Below, piece by piece: positions 26,839 through 40,793 of a stretch of DNA of 64,000 nucleotides (position 1 is the stretch's first letter; every line of letters starts with the position of its first letter). The DNA lies in contig NW_026782163.1 in assembly GCF_031769215.1 (NCBI RefSeq), forward strand, positions 62,001 through 126,000. Reading direction: 5' to 3'. The notes beneath the pieces are model-generated. The model saw only the letters and a list, made by a program, of their open reading frames with translations. It was not told where the DNA came from and made no database searches. A program made the translations under genes and the position numbers. This DNA is from Ylistrum balloti. Lineage: Eukaryota.

Positions 26839-28006
26839 TCACGTGATTCAAGCGTTCCAATGCGCTTGATCATGATGTCAACGTAAACAAACCCAACACA
26901 TTGCTCACCGGTATAATTACCTGTGACTACATGCCGTTACTTGTATGTTTTCGATTTCACTTCATATAAACGAAGCCTATCACTCTTCACCAAGACACCG
27001 CCATAACAAGGATAAAGTAAGTACCAATCCTGTATTCCTTCTGTGAGATCTAAAACTAAGCATATATTTGTTAAGAAGTGTAACTTAAGACGATGCGTGT
27101 TGATCATGATTTGTTTGTATGTAAAAGTATAACATTACATAATATGTTTTCAATACGAAGCCCACGTGCCTCATACAGAAATCCACAAGCATGGCATATT
27201 TTTTACTTTTGAAATAATAAAATTATTGCTAGGTACTTAAATAACCGGTATTGGTTTTATATAACTTAATAGTACATACATGCAAATTCACCAAATTTTG
27301 AAGCATGTCCTGTACAACGTAGTAGATTCGATTGTTTATACAGATGTATATATCAAATGCACATTATTAGTTATTATGTAAGTGCATTTGAATTGCAACA
27401 GTAACATTTTTTTTTTCCAATTTGTACCAAAGTAGAAATGAATACTTGTTAAAGACATTTGACAATATTTAACATACATTCTGAAACACACACATTCATG
27501 TATATCCGCTACCATGGAAATTAGATAGAGCTTAAAATGAATTCAGGTAAAATAAATGTAGGCAAAAAATTGCCCCATTACTTCAATGAACCAAAAAATA
27601 TGTCCAAATATTTCATTTCTCTTGATCTATACAATGGAAAATAACATTACATTTACCATAAAGAAAAAAAAGGATAAAACAAAATGTATTTAGATTGAGT
27701 ACGAACCTTGTCTAACTTTCTATATAATGTTTTAATTGTGAAAGTTTTAAAACTAGCAGTGTATTAACAACACATACTACACCTCAGAAGTTCTGCAGGT
27801 ATAGTCTGTGAAAATAAAACAGTCACTGATGTTAGTTCATATAATTACTGGTAAATATCCCTTTTCTATCCACAGATTTGAGAAATCATATCTCTGTGAA
27901 TAAAAGCTGACATCGTAACTGGAGACAATTTGTGTTCAGATCACAGCCTACATGAATTAGACATATGGTTATTGTTGATAATATTAACCAAAATACCATT
28001 ACTCAG
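26839..28006 (+). promoter_or_regulatory. Putative promoter and two non-coding 5' exons (ending 27016; 27876-28006) of the uncharacterised gene
   Basis: CpG-richer patch with TCACGTGA at 26839-26846. Donor AAA|GTAAGT after 27016, acceptor CCACAG at 27875, donor CAG|GTTAAT after 28006, then a poly-T tract before the acceptor at 28085. Confidence 0.5.
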
Positions 28007-28086
28007 GTTAATGTTAAGGTAGTTAATTATTGCAGCATGTATTTTTTTTTTTTTTTTTTTTCAATATTCAATCATTTTCTTATAGA

Positions 28087-31000
28087 ATGTCTAGTGAAAA
28101 CACCGGAACAGAGTTGGTAAATATGCCTCAGTCAGAGATTCCTGGACAGGTGGCTCAAAAGATACCTACAAAAGATTTGGAGCCGGCACTGATCACTGTG
28201 GAACAGAGTGCACATAAAGATGATGGAAATGAAAACAAAGCATTTCAGGAGGAGGAGGCTGTTAAAACTCAAGAACACAAACCAATGCTTACTTACATGG
28301 ATTTTATGCCAAATTTTATATGTTCAGCTGCAGGACCAGATGAAGCACCTACCTATGCACGCTTTAGGTTGGTAGATACTATTTATGAATAAAACCTGTA
28401 ACTTTCACTTTAATCTAAAATTTTATTCATTTAGATATTCAATAATTATGAAACAATTAAATGTTATTGTTATTGAATTAATCCCTCTTGTTAGCCTACA
28501 TGTAAGTGCACAAGGTGTGTGTCTATGATGTATATGAGCTCAGGCAGGTGACTAGATGACTTCCATATGCTTTCATATCAAAACAAAGAATCAAACCCAA
28601 GTCATCTATATGTAGCTGAAGGCAAGTGTACACTAAAGATCCCACCAGTCCAGGGGTCTAGGGGTATTATTAGAATTTACAATTATTTTCCAGGCATTAT
28701 AATGACTTCAGAATTACCCTAACACAAGCCAAATCTAGTTAGGCCTCCAACTCTTCCTTTCAGCTTCTGAACATGTTTCAGCGGCTAGAGTATAAGTAGT
28801 ATAATCAAATTATGACCTCTGCAGACAGTTCCACCCCTCTGAAGGGGATGCAGGTCACTCCCTCTCATGTCACCAGATCATTGGCGTTTGTCAATGAGAA
28901 AATACCCGGACACCGGATGAGTCACTGAGACAGAAAACCTGTCAACCAACTAACCAATGAAAGGCTTGTGCATTACCATTGCACCAGCAATTTAACAATC
29001 TTTCTTATTCATGATAAAATTTTTAGTCATAAACATTATAACAAGTCAATTCAGTTATATATTACCGTTCTTTATTCTTGTTAAGGTCTGTGATTATTTA
29101 ACATCACATTTACAGCAAGCTGCTACCTATAAAATTTTGAGCTATTACAAAATTAACAAAAGTTCATTGTAATCATGTTATATGTTCTAGATTCATAAAT
29201 TTAAACTTTTACGTGAAATCGTTTTACATATGAATTTTTTGGTTTCAGTCAGTTAAAATGTGGTGTTAACCCTCTTGCTCAAGGTTATTGCTATGAACTT
29301 TTGACCTCGATATATGTAAATACAAAAATTGTTCGGTAAACATAAATGGATCTTTGAATACACATGTGAAAGGATTTATGCAGTAGAGCCAACACAGTTT
29401 GTGTTAGGTTGGTTGGATAATGGGTTCCTTTCCTCTTCACTCTACACAAGAGCAATGTTTTTTTTTTTTTAAACCCCAAACCTTAATTACCAGGTAATAT
29501 GAAATGATGGAACAGTAATAATGGGTTGTGTTTCTTATGTTACAGCTTTGTTGTTGACCAGGCTAACGAGTGGTTGAAAATGAACAAGGAGTTCACTGTT
29601 TGGAAATGTGAAACTGTCAGCTTCAAACTAAACGCCGAAGATCAGTTTGACACTAAAGGAGTATTACATGCAGAATCTTCATATGGAGTTAACAGATATG
29701 TAATGGGACTAAGGTATCAAGTTAAACATTTTCTCTCACATTCCAAAAGTTTTGATAATTGCTGTAAGAGATATACAAGTCATTCAGCATAGCACTAAGT
29801 ATACAGGTTGTTATTTTCGAGGAGTTCGGTTTTAGCTTTTTTTCAAGGATGGAATATCACAAAAAGTAGATACCTTGAAAGTAAAATTAATAGAGGAAAT
29901 TTTCATCCATTTTTATGAAGTTTGTGAGATGGTGAGGAGACACAAAGGTGTATGAATAGCAACTTTAAATACAAATTTAGAATTAGATACAGTAGAGCCA
30001 AACAATGAATGAAACTGCATGAACTGTCCTGAAGGGAAGATGCATTGCTACTGTCAAAGGTATAATGAACATAGCTAGGACATTTCTTGTCAGTGCCGTT
30101 ATATAAAATAACTGCTGATAATTAGACGTGAGAGTAATATAAGCTACCTGTCTCTTGGCTTAAATGAACAAAGGCAGAATCTCAATCTCTGTAAAATGCC
30201 TTTTACCAGTGACGGACCTAAAAATCTTATCCCAAGGATTGAGATAATTGACTTCTGTTCTCTTACTAATTCTCTGTGTTAGTCAATATTCAAGTTGTCA
30301 TGTTAGGCTGATTGTAAGTGCAATCTATTACAATCATCAGAATTTGATAATGTAGACTCCTGTAGTTATTACACATGAATTGTATCTGGTAGTAAGTGTG
30401 ATAAATATTGAAAAATAACAAATTGAATAGATTGAACAGATAACAAATAACAGATTGAAAAAATAACAAAGTGTGAAAGATCCCAAAAACAAATTATTCG
30501 AATAATAAAAATAATTACGGATAAGCCTATTTCATTCTATCTTTTCATGAAACCTAAGCAAAAATCAGATTAGAATTTGAATGATTACAGAACCCTCAAA
30601 TATATTGAATTGGTGGTAAATTTGATTGATTTTACAATAATTGTGAAACAAGTTACTCAACTTATACTGTCCGGTAATCTGTACACTTAATGTTTGCTTT
30701 GATGGAAGAGCTTAAGGGGATTTTGATGTGGGAGAAAACCAGAGTACATGGGGGAAAACCCACAGGGATAGGCATGTGACCCCTGACCTTTTCATGTCCA
30801 TTAAGGATTATACTCCTCTAAGAAGAGAAAACATTCTAGTATTAAACTTTTATACTTATACATATAATTTGAAAAGAGATTTAATGGCATATCAAAAAAC
30901 ACAAAAAGAAAATGATATGTCTGTGTGTTCTCTTTTTTCATGATAGCGCTTTGAAAATTGCTAGTCATTTTCAGTGATTTTGAAAACTAAACTTTAAATG

Positions 31001-34000
31001 CAAATTGAATTGATTTCTTTCATTCTTAAACATTAGAATCCATATATTTCATTAAAGCCTCAAATTTCCACAAGAAATAAAGATTTTATCCATAGAAAGA
31101 AATACTGTAAACATTTTTGAAACTTTACTAACATGTAGTATTTACTGAACTAAAACAATTTTTCAAAGGAAAGCAATAGGATAGTAAAATTTTTAAAAAA
31201 TATTGTCAGAGTTAGCTCTTTTGTTATTTTTTCAGAAAATCCTATAAGTGTCCTTCAGATTAAAAAATAATTAAAGAAAAGGGAATTAAACCCAGGACGT
31301 CTTGATGAAAAGCGATCTGTGCATTACCACTGCTCTACCCAAAAAAAATTGGTGGGAAGGTTAATTTTACAATCACTTAAATATTGAATAAAAACAATGA
31401 TATACAGGACATCATGATCCTTCAGGTTGCTCAAACTAGTTATCATTACATTCTGATATGGGACTTGATGTAACTGTTATTACTGATATCAATATGCTTC
31501 TTTAAATGTTTTAGGCTGTGGTTGGTACCAAGAGTTTCTGACACCATGCCTGTAGTCCAGATTGGATATACAACAGCCATTCCCGGAGAACCTTATATGG
31601 ATGAAGATCAAGGTACACAAATGAAGTGGGAGAAGACACAGGCCATCAGCTCAGGGGGAGGTAACTCAGCACACGCCATGTTAACAACAATGGTAAACTC
31701 AATTATACCCCCTGGAACCAACAATAAAGAAAATATTAAAGAAGAAAAGACCGTGGACCAGGAACAGACACCAGTGACTGAGTTTTCTAATGATGATGAA
31801 CCATCAAAAAAGGACAAAGCAGCAGAGCAGCCTGAGACAGAGAGGAAAGACATTGCTGCTCATCTTTCTGAACCAACTCATAGAGTGTCTGCATCATACT
31901 ATTCTACAATGACCTCAACTGTTAAAGGACTAAACAAACAACTCACACGCAAACCTCTACCAGGTTAGCATCCATTTATCTTCAGATAATTTCTATTCAA
32001 TTTGAATATTCATAATTATCAAAAGATTGTTAATTTTCAAAGGATTTCATTAAATTTTAGCCAGCCGTATTTGAACACCATTGTGAAAATATTAATGCTC
32101 ATTAAATATTGTTCATTTCACAGCTTGTTTACCTTTATTTGCCAAAGTTGTGATCATTTTCAAATTGATAGACTCTCCAGATACAAATGTTCACCATATC
32201 CTTTTTAACTCTGACCAATGCAGATAAGACTGATATTTTTGATGTCATTGTTCTGTTAAGGTGTGATATTGAATGTGGAGAACCTGACTCTGAGAGCATC
32301 CTCTGAGCAGTCTAGGCCACAAATTGTGATGGATCCCGAATGTACAAGCTGGGCCGAGGTGGGCCGTAGGAACACTGTCTTTGTGTTTGCTATCAGGATT
32401 TTCTATCTCAAAGGAAGAGAGGAATTCTGCACCATTGGTGAGTATATCAAATTAAATAAGGTAGAGTTATTACTGACTCAGTTATGTCACTTATTTATGG
32501 ACCATTGGATGCACATGAATAATTCTACCTCTATAACAATAGAGAGAGAATTCTCTGCCAAAATTCTACAGGACAGAAAAACACTTGTATTTTGAAATAA
32601 TAACATGTGTTCTTCCAAAATAAACCAGTTTTGAGTACAGTAGAATGTACAATAAACATTTATTCGTTTCTATTCACAACAAGAATTAATAATAATGCCT
32701 TGAAAATAGTGAATGAAAATGGCCACCCAAAGGATGACATTTTTAATTTATAAAACTGATAAAGTCAACATGTTGCTTCTGTCATGACATAATTAATTAT
32801 TATAATTAATAATAATTAATTGCAATGATATACCAATACTAAGTAGATGCAATAATGCACATAGTAGTAGCTACATCAAAATATAACTGAAACAAAAATT
32901 GTTGCTAACCTGAGTGGAGTTTCCAAAAAAAAAAAAAACCCACAGACTCGCATGCTTACCTCTCTTGAATGTCTTCTCTAGTATATCATCTGTAAAGGTT
33001 CAATTGTAAATAACTTCTGAGCAAAATGAATATATTAAGCATGAGACAGCATTGAGTGCTATAGATGATAGTTAAATTACTGTAACAAATTTTCATGTGG
33101 TTGAACTGTTCTTCAATGAAGGATCCCATGTCCTATATTGTGTATGATCTTATGTATCATATACCTGTAGTATCACAGGATCAGACAATGGATGTGGGTC
33201 ATTCACTTACAGATTACATCAGAACAGGAACTATGGAGCTGATATCACTGCACCAAATGCACAAAGAATGAAGGGATTAGGCAGTTTAAAGAATAATCTT
33301 GGTTTCTATTTCATGTCAAATTTATGAACTTGATCTTCTAAAAAAGAAAAATGTCATGTTAGATATATCACCTATATTTCTAAAACTTGTTTTATAATAG
33401 TCATGTAACATCTGATACTTATATACTAATATGTCACATACAATACATCCTGTATATATTCCTGCCATTTGCTACAGAAGAAACACATTTTGATTAATTC
33501 AGGACAGAATCTGTAATGGATTAATTATCATATGATTTTTTTTAAATATTTCTTTAAAAAAACCCAAAGAAACTAACATTTATTTAAAATTAATGTTGTC
33601 TGTTGTATTGCAGGTTATCATGATGAACTCCCAGACATGCGGAAGTCGGGGGCTACAATTAAGTTTGGTCCTTTCAGCAATGTAGTGTACAAGATGGGAG
33701 CTTGGCTCAAACATCAAAAGGTATGCAATATAATGCATATATGTGAATTTATACTCTGCAACTTTCGAATCAATGATTTTGATAAGCAGAGCTGCACTAA
33801 AAAAACCTGGATTTAACGGTTTTATATTTACCTTTTGGGTGTTTCAGAATATCCGTGTGGTGAACATGCAGAGTGTAGACATACAGTGTAACCTGGACCA
33901 GACAAGTATGTATAACATTTTAATATCTGTAATTGATGACAGCTCTCAGAAGGGTAAATAAACTAAAACTAATCATGCGGTATATATATTAACTGTAGTG

Positions 34001-35573
34001 ACAAACTTTTATCAGTTCAGTATAATTTATTTCCTTGTAAGTAAATAAAACATCAAAAAGCTGTCCTGTCTGATATTCAGTCAGTAACTTTATGCTGGGA
34101 TGACGGGAGGAAAGGGTTGGTCAAAACAATTATTTTGACTGCATGACTTTCCTGGTCACAGTAGTCAATTGTACATAAAAACCAAGAGGTCCCCATGCTC
34201 TTGAACCAGTAATACAGGGCATAAAAGACCTTTTTTAATGAATCATCCATCCCTATTTTAAAGGTTGCAAGGTTTTGGATGGCATATTTAGATATGTAGT
34301 GTCGATATAATGACCAGTAGTTTGCTAAAATGGACAGTCAGCTCTTTGAATACATGGTTTTTAAAGATTTATTCTTAACAACTTCTTCTGAACAATTCAG
34401 AGATTTAGAGCCATGATGATAGGCCAGCAGTAATCTGGAATGAAGGCAAATGATGCTTGTACAACAGAATTTAGATGCTTTTATCTCAGTGAAGCATTTT
34501 CCTGTAGTAATTTTTATACCTACATCCCTTGTCCTCTTTTAAATACAGATGTGTACCAAGTGAAAACTGATGTTTCTGGCTTTATGGAGACTGCTCACCT
34601 GAGCACCAGGTATGCCAAGGTACTGCGTCTGTTTTATGTGACAACAGCTAAGACAGAGATGCCTCCTTATACCTCTCTTCAACTGAAAACACGGCTGTTT
34701 GCCCCAGTTAGACGAGGAGAGAAGTCATTTGAATCCTTCCCAAAAACCATGGAACGGGTCATCAAGTGGCTGGACTATCTGAGTAAGCATTTTTTTTCAA
34801 CTAAGAATTCATTTAATATAAGAATTATTTGGTGCATGTAGTTAAACTGTCTTTCATATTATAAAAATAAAAATTAGTGCTATACAATGTTTCAGCCAGG
34901 ACCTCTATGGCAATATTAATTAGTTTGTTTTGTTTGTAGCAATGCCACCGTTCTTTGTGGAGACTGTTGCCTATCAGATATACACCCAGGGTAGTGGTCA
35001 GGCTGTTATACCAGACAAAGTTGACTGTAGTGTGAACAGAAACTCCGGCCGTCACATACTCAATACCATCAGGTATATAAACAACAAATACACATAACTT
35101 TACAATAAACATATATTTTATCATTGTCAACATTGCATTTAGAGCTATTGTCTGTGCTTACATTTCCATATTGATTAAGTTAGGATTGGGTGTGGAGGGT
35201 AGGGGGCAGATAGTGGTACCTATGTCTGTTCCATTTTGCCATATTTTGTTGCATCTCATTGTCCTTTACCAACCTGAATTTATCATTCAATTCTGTGTTA
35301 AGGGATTTTTATAAAGAAAGTTGTCAATAACACTGATGTTGTACATATATTCGGGGTGCTAATTTTTTAACCGATATACATGTATGATAGGTGTAGAATT
35401 CAACGCTAAACTTTACAATGTCTATTTATTTAAGATTGATAATCATTCTGTATTACTACATGTATTGGTTTTCTTTCAGACTGTATATGCCTTCAGAATT
35501 TATAGAACCACCACCAGAAATTGCACCAGATGTTGCTACTGTTGACCAAGGCTGGGGCTGTTCTATTTCATGA
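28087..35573 (+). CDS. Uncharacterised 566-aa protein with four diverged internal repeats and C-terminal CaaX (CSIS). Coding exons: 28087-28367, 29546-29713, 31515-31963, 32261-32437, 33614-33720, 33848-33905, 34549-34782, 34940-35072, 35480-35573
   Basis: Nine exons with canonical GT-AG sites and compatible phases total 1701 nt (567 codons) with no internal stop. The translation repeats the motif Y/F..P...F..F..VV...WL....V.NVE(T/S)V...(L/I)RL(F/W)Y. I do not recognise the family. Confidence 0.85.
30727..30800 (-). mobile_element. Second SINE-core remnant of the same family, reverse orientation
   Basis: GGGAGAAAACCAGAGTACATGGGGGAAAACCCAC is the reverse complement of a core similar to the one at 14677. 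Confidence 0.5.
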
Positions 35574-38500
35574 TCATTTCTTATAACTGTTCAGGCCATT
35601 TCGCCACCTTTAATCGCTTACAAATTGTTGTTGTACATCACTTCTTCTGATTGGGAGTAAAATCCATATCATGTTTATGTGAAAGCTGCTCAAGATTGAT
35701 GCGAGACAGATCAAGTTCTGAACCCCAATCATTTGTTGTTTTTTTCTTTGTTTTTCTACAAAAATATCAGTACATTTAAATAATCTTTATAACTCTGTTT
35801 ACATGTATCAATATTTGATTGTACATTTTCATATTTGCATGAATTGGCTATCTTGTTTCTGAAATACAAATACATGAGATGCAGCCAAACTTTCCTCATA
35901 TCTTAAAAGTAAAGTTATCTTAATAATACAGTAAAATAAAGTAAATAAGAAAGTACTTTAATTTCTCTCAGTTCAACCATTTTCCAGATAGATACATAAT
36001 TATCATGTCTGCAGAATCCTTCTAAGGTTTTGCATGAGATGCCTGATTCCGTTCATCCTAATACATGTATACAGTTTTGCTGCATCCAGAGAGTACACTC
36101 TGCTCTGACAGTTTGACACCGTATCTTCCTTTGTGGATACTGATGTCCATAAGATTGCATGACTGTAAACATCTCTTGTTCATGATGTTCGTTTTACTTA
36201 TAATGCCAGTAGAATATTTTTGGCATGAAATAATTTGACGTAATATTTCTTGATGTTTTTGTAAATGTTGGATCTCATCAATACATGTGAAGTTTGTGTG
36301 TTTATTTTTCTATTGATATTATTTAATTTATTCACTTTTTCTATTCTATATTACACTATATTACATGACCTTTATCTCACAAAGATGCTGTTATAATATG
36401 TTTATTTCATAAAATTTATATATTTTTTACTATGGTACAAACTGTGTTCTGCTCAATTAAGTGGTAATTGAGATATTTTTTTTTATACAATGTATGTATT
36501 TATATTTTTTTCATATTTATAATCATATGCACTTATTCTAGTGTTGAATTACCCATTCCTGTACTGTAATATATAACCTTTATCAATAATTAACAGAACT
36601 GATAAATCAAAGTGTCTGTAGTAAGTAAAACATTACAGCTGCATATACTGTATATCTATATGACAATAAGTCCATGTCTTAAGCCTGCACATACTATCTA
36701 TTTCTGTTCAGTAAAAGTTACAAACTTTATAACCATTGTAGACTGACGGCCAATCCCTAAATTATGTTCAGAAATACTTTGTGGCTTTTACCTGTAATGT
36801 AGCTTATCTCCCCTTCCTATAGAACTGAAACATACAGTGTACCTATATGAGAAATCCAAACTTATGTCCGATTATATTGAATAATCATATATTAAATTAA
36901 ATATTCGAGAGATGGGCCAGTTTATGACCATCGGCTACAGGGAAACATGTCGTGATATTAACATATATGTGTGATATAAAGCAACTGCTGTGAGGTTTTA
37001 TATGATCACACAAATAAGTCTGCTAATTATCAATGCATCTGTATGTAACTATGTGTTTTAATGTGATTACAAATCATAGGAATGTATCATTAATGATTCT
37101 GTCCTATTTATATTTTAATTCACATATCAACAGGGTAAGTGTAGATGGAACATTGCTACATTATATATATATTGTGTTCTGCTATCAAAATATTCACAAA
37201 TCATATTTATACTTTTTTATGTTATAAAATACTACAAATACTACTTTCCTAATTGACACCTAGCTAAACCCCGAAGTCTAGAATATGTAATTATTCAATT
37301 TCAATGTATATTAAATTTCTTAAACAACCAAGCGGGTAGGATTTTGATCATGCAAATTGATCTTATCCATAATTTGATATATCAGTACATTGTCCATTAG
37401 GTACTGCATTGGTATGTGATTAGGTATGATACACACATTTCATTGTTATTGTGACATATGTTACCTACAAAGTTTTCTTAAAATAAAACATTACAATACA
37501 AGTCATATTTTTTTTTCTATTTTATTGCAGTATAATATTTAGACTTTGAACTTTGTGACTGGCAAAATAAAAATTTCTAGGTTGATAAGTTTATTAAGAA
37601 GTGCATATAGGAGTACAGGAAAGTGACGACATGACATTAATAAAAATATGATTTTGAAATACCTTTTCCTTGTAAGATACGTAATAGAAAGGAAGGTGAT
37701 AATGATATTGAGAGCAGTACTTGGTTTTGTGTGAAAAGAATTTATCTTTTGCATTCATTTTCAAAGTTACTATATGGTCTAGATGTAGGGGTACCATTGT
37801 ATATAAGAAAGCTGACATGTACAGAAGCGATCCAGAGAGAAAAAAATATATAAAGATGTAACTGTGCAGGTCAGTGACATAAGTACGTATGTGCCCAGTG
37901 AGAAGTATTACAGGATGGGAATATATGGTAGCTGCATGTGTGGGTATAATCATATCAATGGTCAGTGAGATAGATGTAAGCTGTTGTCAGTTAGGCGTAA
38001 ACCAGCATCCTCGCATACACACGTTCCTGAAATGCAATAGATGGCAGTTAGTTATGATGTAAAGCATATATAACTAAATTTGTCAGTATATAAATATGAA
38101 ATATTTACTTCTCTCTCCTGGGAGATGGCAATTTTGTTTTCATTTCTTTACATCCAAACAAAATTATAAGTCCTTAAGGTGTACTAATTATCGAAACTTT
38201 TCCTGGCTATGCAAAAAGGGCCTGCATCACTCACCTGCATGTCTAAGTATAGAATACAAGAACTTTCCTACCTTGGAAGCTACTATTAATAAGACACAAC
38301 TAGTCTCTCAGTGTACCAGTATATCATTAATGAAGTTAATTCTTTAATTCCTCCATATAATATTTGAGTTCCCTGGCTCCAAAGAAGTTTCAAAGCTGAA
38401 GACATTAATCTGTTGAGGGTGGCAGCAAACCATACACCAAATGTTTAAAACTATATAAAATGTTAAGGACTTTAACAATTGAGTGATAAAGATTCAACCA

Positions 38501-40793
38501 ATTGTCAATGTCCATTGTGATTTCTTAACCAGCAAATATAGGTACATTTTGTAATAGTCAAAAGTCTGGAGTCAAAAATATTTTACCACTTGCATTCCAT
38601 GAGAAGGTGGCATAGATTTTTGAAATAGATAATTTTGCTATTCCACATTCATAGTTAGTGTAAAAAAATGAAACAGAACAATGTAAGTTGTCCTATATAT
38701 TTCAAATGGAAATACATCAGCGCGTCGAAATGTTAAAAAAGAAAAAAAATCTGGAATGAAATAAATGTCTTATGTAATTGCTAGTGAGCAAACTTAATTT
38801 CATGTCAAACTGTCATTAATTTCTCCATGATTAGTTTATTCAATGAAGGATTAAACAAGATCTCTAACAAGATGACAAAAACTAAATGAAGGGCAATAAC
38901 TCTTCAAAAATGAAATTTTAATACCATGAAGAAAAAAGAATTTATATATTTTTAATGAATAAGTTTAAAGAGGTCTATTAAAATCTGTGAAAAGAACTTT
39001 CTGGACAGGATTAAAATGCTACAAAAGAGGCATATTTTGTTTCAGAATGTCATTCAGGTTATCACAGTTATAAATTCCAACCAAGTTTAAAAGGGTTTGG
39101 ATGAAAACTGAGACAGTTCTCGGGAGAAGATTCAGATTATGAAAACAATAGGCAATCACTCTTCCCAAAACAGTAAAATCAAAATACTGTTCTTGAATAC
39201 ATTTTACATGGTTATGATTAAGCCTACCAAAATTCAAAGAGATCGGCTGAAAGCATGCGGAGATCTGCAAGCAAACAAAAGTTAACGATGTATATGGGTA
39301 AACCGACAAGCCATACCAAAATGTCTTGACAGAATTTTGGACAATTAATTAACAAGCAAAATTTTGTGAAGTGAAAGTAAAATAAAACAAAAAATAACAA
39401 ATATGCTTAATGAGTCTGATGTTTTATTTGTTGAAAACAAGAAGTACATATATAAAAGTAAACGATGGTGTATATAATGACAATGTGCTGTACGGAAACA
39501 ATAACTTGTGTATGTTGTAAATCATACATTATCATCATGATAACACTTAAAAGTAGGACGGATAAACAAGTGCTAGCTGGTTCACACCAGACAACTCGGA
39601 CGGGATAAAATATCATCCAGCTAAAACTGTCAACTAGGATTGAAAATTGTTCACTGCGATAGATAATTCATTGCTATCCAACTGAACTAAGATGGATAAC
39701 CTCATATTTAAGTAAACAGGTCTGAATTTCTTTCTTTCAGATGCCTGATAAATATTCCTACCAAATGACTAAAATAGGTCATATATGTAACCATACAAAT
39801 GCATGTAATGAAGGTTACCCATGTCTTAAGATTTCAGCGAAGAAAATTGTTTTGATAAAATACAAGTACTAAATATAGATAAAATTTGAAAAATGTATTG
39901 AAAACCAATAAAAGCTTTAAGTGATGAGCCATAATTATCGCAATAAAAATTAGTTTTCAATAGCCATTAAAACTAGATACCTTCTGTATATATGTATACA
40001 TCTGTAGGGAATGCAGGTATACCTTACTGATCGCTGGTGTGGGAAAGAACTGTAACTTAATGTAAATGGTATAGTGACAACTGACAACATGAAAGACATT
40101 TTTTAAAAATATTAAATTATTAAAGGAATGTGAATATCTTGTGACACTTGAACAGACAGTTGAACACCACTATCATTGGATAAAAATATATAGCAGTTCA
40201 GGTTTAAAAACAGTTGATATTGATTCAAAATCAAAGAAATGTTGATTCTGATAAAAATGAAAATAAAACCACAGGTTAATTGTAGCGTGACTGTGGATGC
40301 CAGGACAAGTGTAGGGTCAAGGTCTGGTACAATCCTTGTCTGTCACACCGGTTTTTCTCTAAAGAATTTACACTTCATAACAACAACAAAAAACGTCAAC
40401 TTTCGGAGACATTTTTTAAACACGACTGCATGGGTTTGCACCTCTACTCAATATAATACTGCAAAACTAGACTTATACAGGCTATAGGTTTGCTGGTGTG
40501 CTAGTGTAATTTTTTTATTTGACCCATAACACGTAGATACATGGATATTGATGATCATGAAACATTTACATGCGTTCCATCCATACGGGTCTGTCTGTTA
40601 CCAGACACTATGTTTTATATGTATTGTACCTTATTATCACAAACCCTGTACTGTTAACGGAAAGAGGGATTTTTTTTACTGATATTCCGAAATGTATAGA
40701 TATTCCGCTAGTCCCATAAGATTTCTTTAGGAAGCCAGGCTTTGACTAGCATGCCAGTTGTGATAAGAAAAGGATGTGAGGAGACAATAGTGC

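Noticed and set aside
31290-31340. tRNA-like sequence on the minus strand (also about 28950-28990)
   Set aside because: Too degenerate to fold into a cloverleaf; more likely decayed tRNA-derived SINE heads.
37594-37953. 119-aa minus-strand ORF between the unknown gene and CFAP157
   Set aside because: Hydrophobic, AT-rich composition typical of random ORFs; no splice context or motif.
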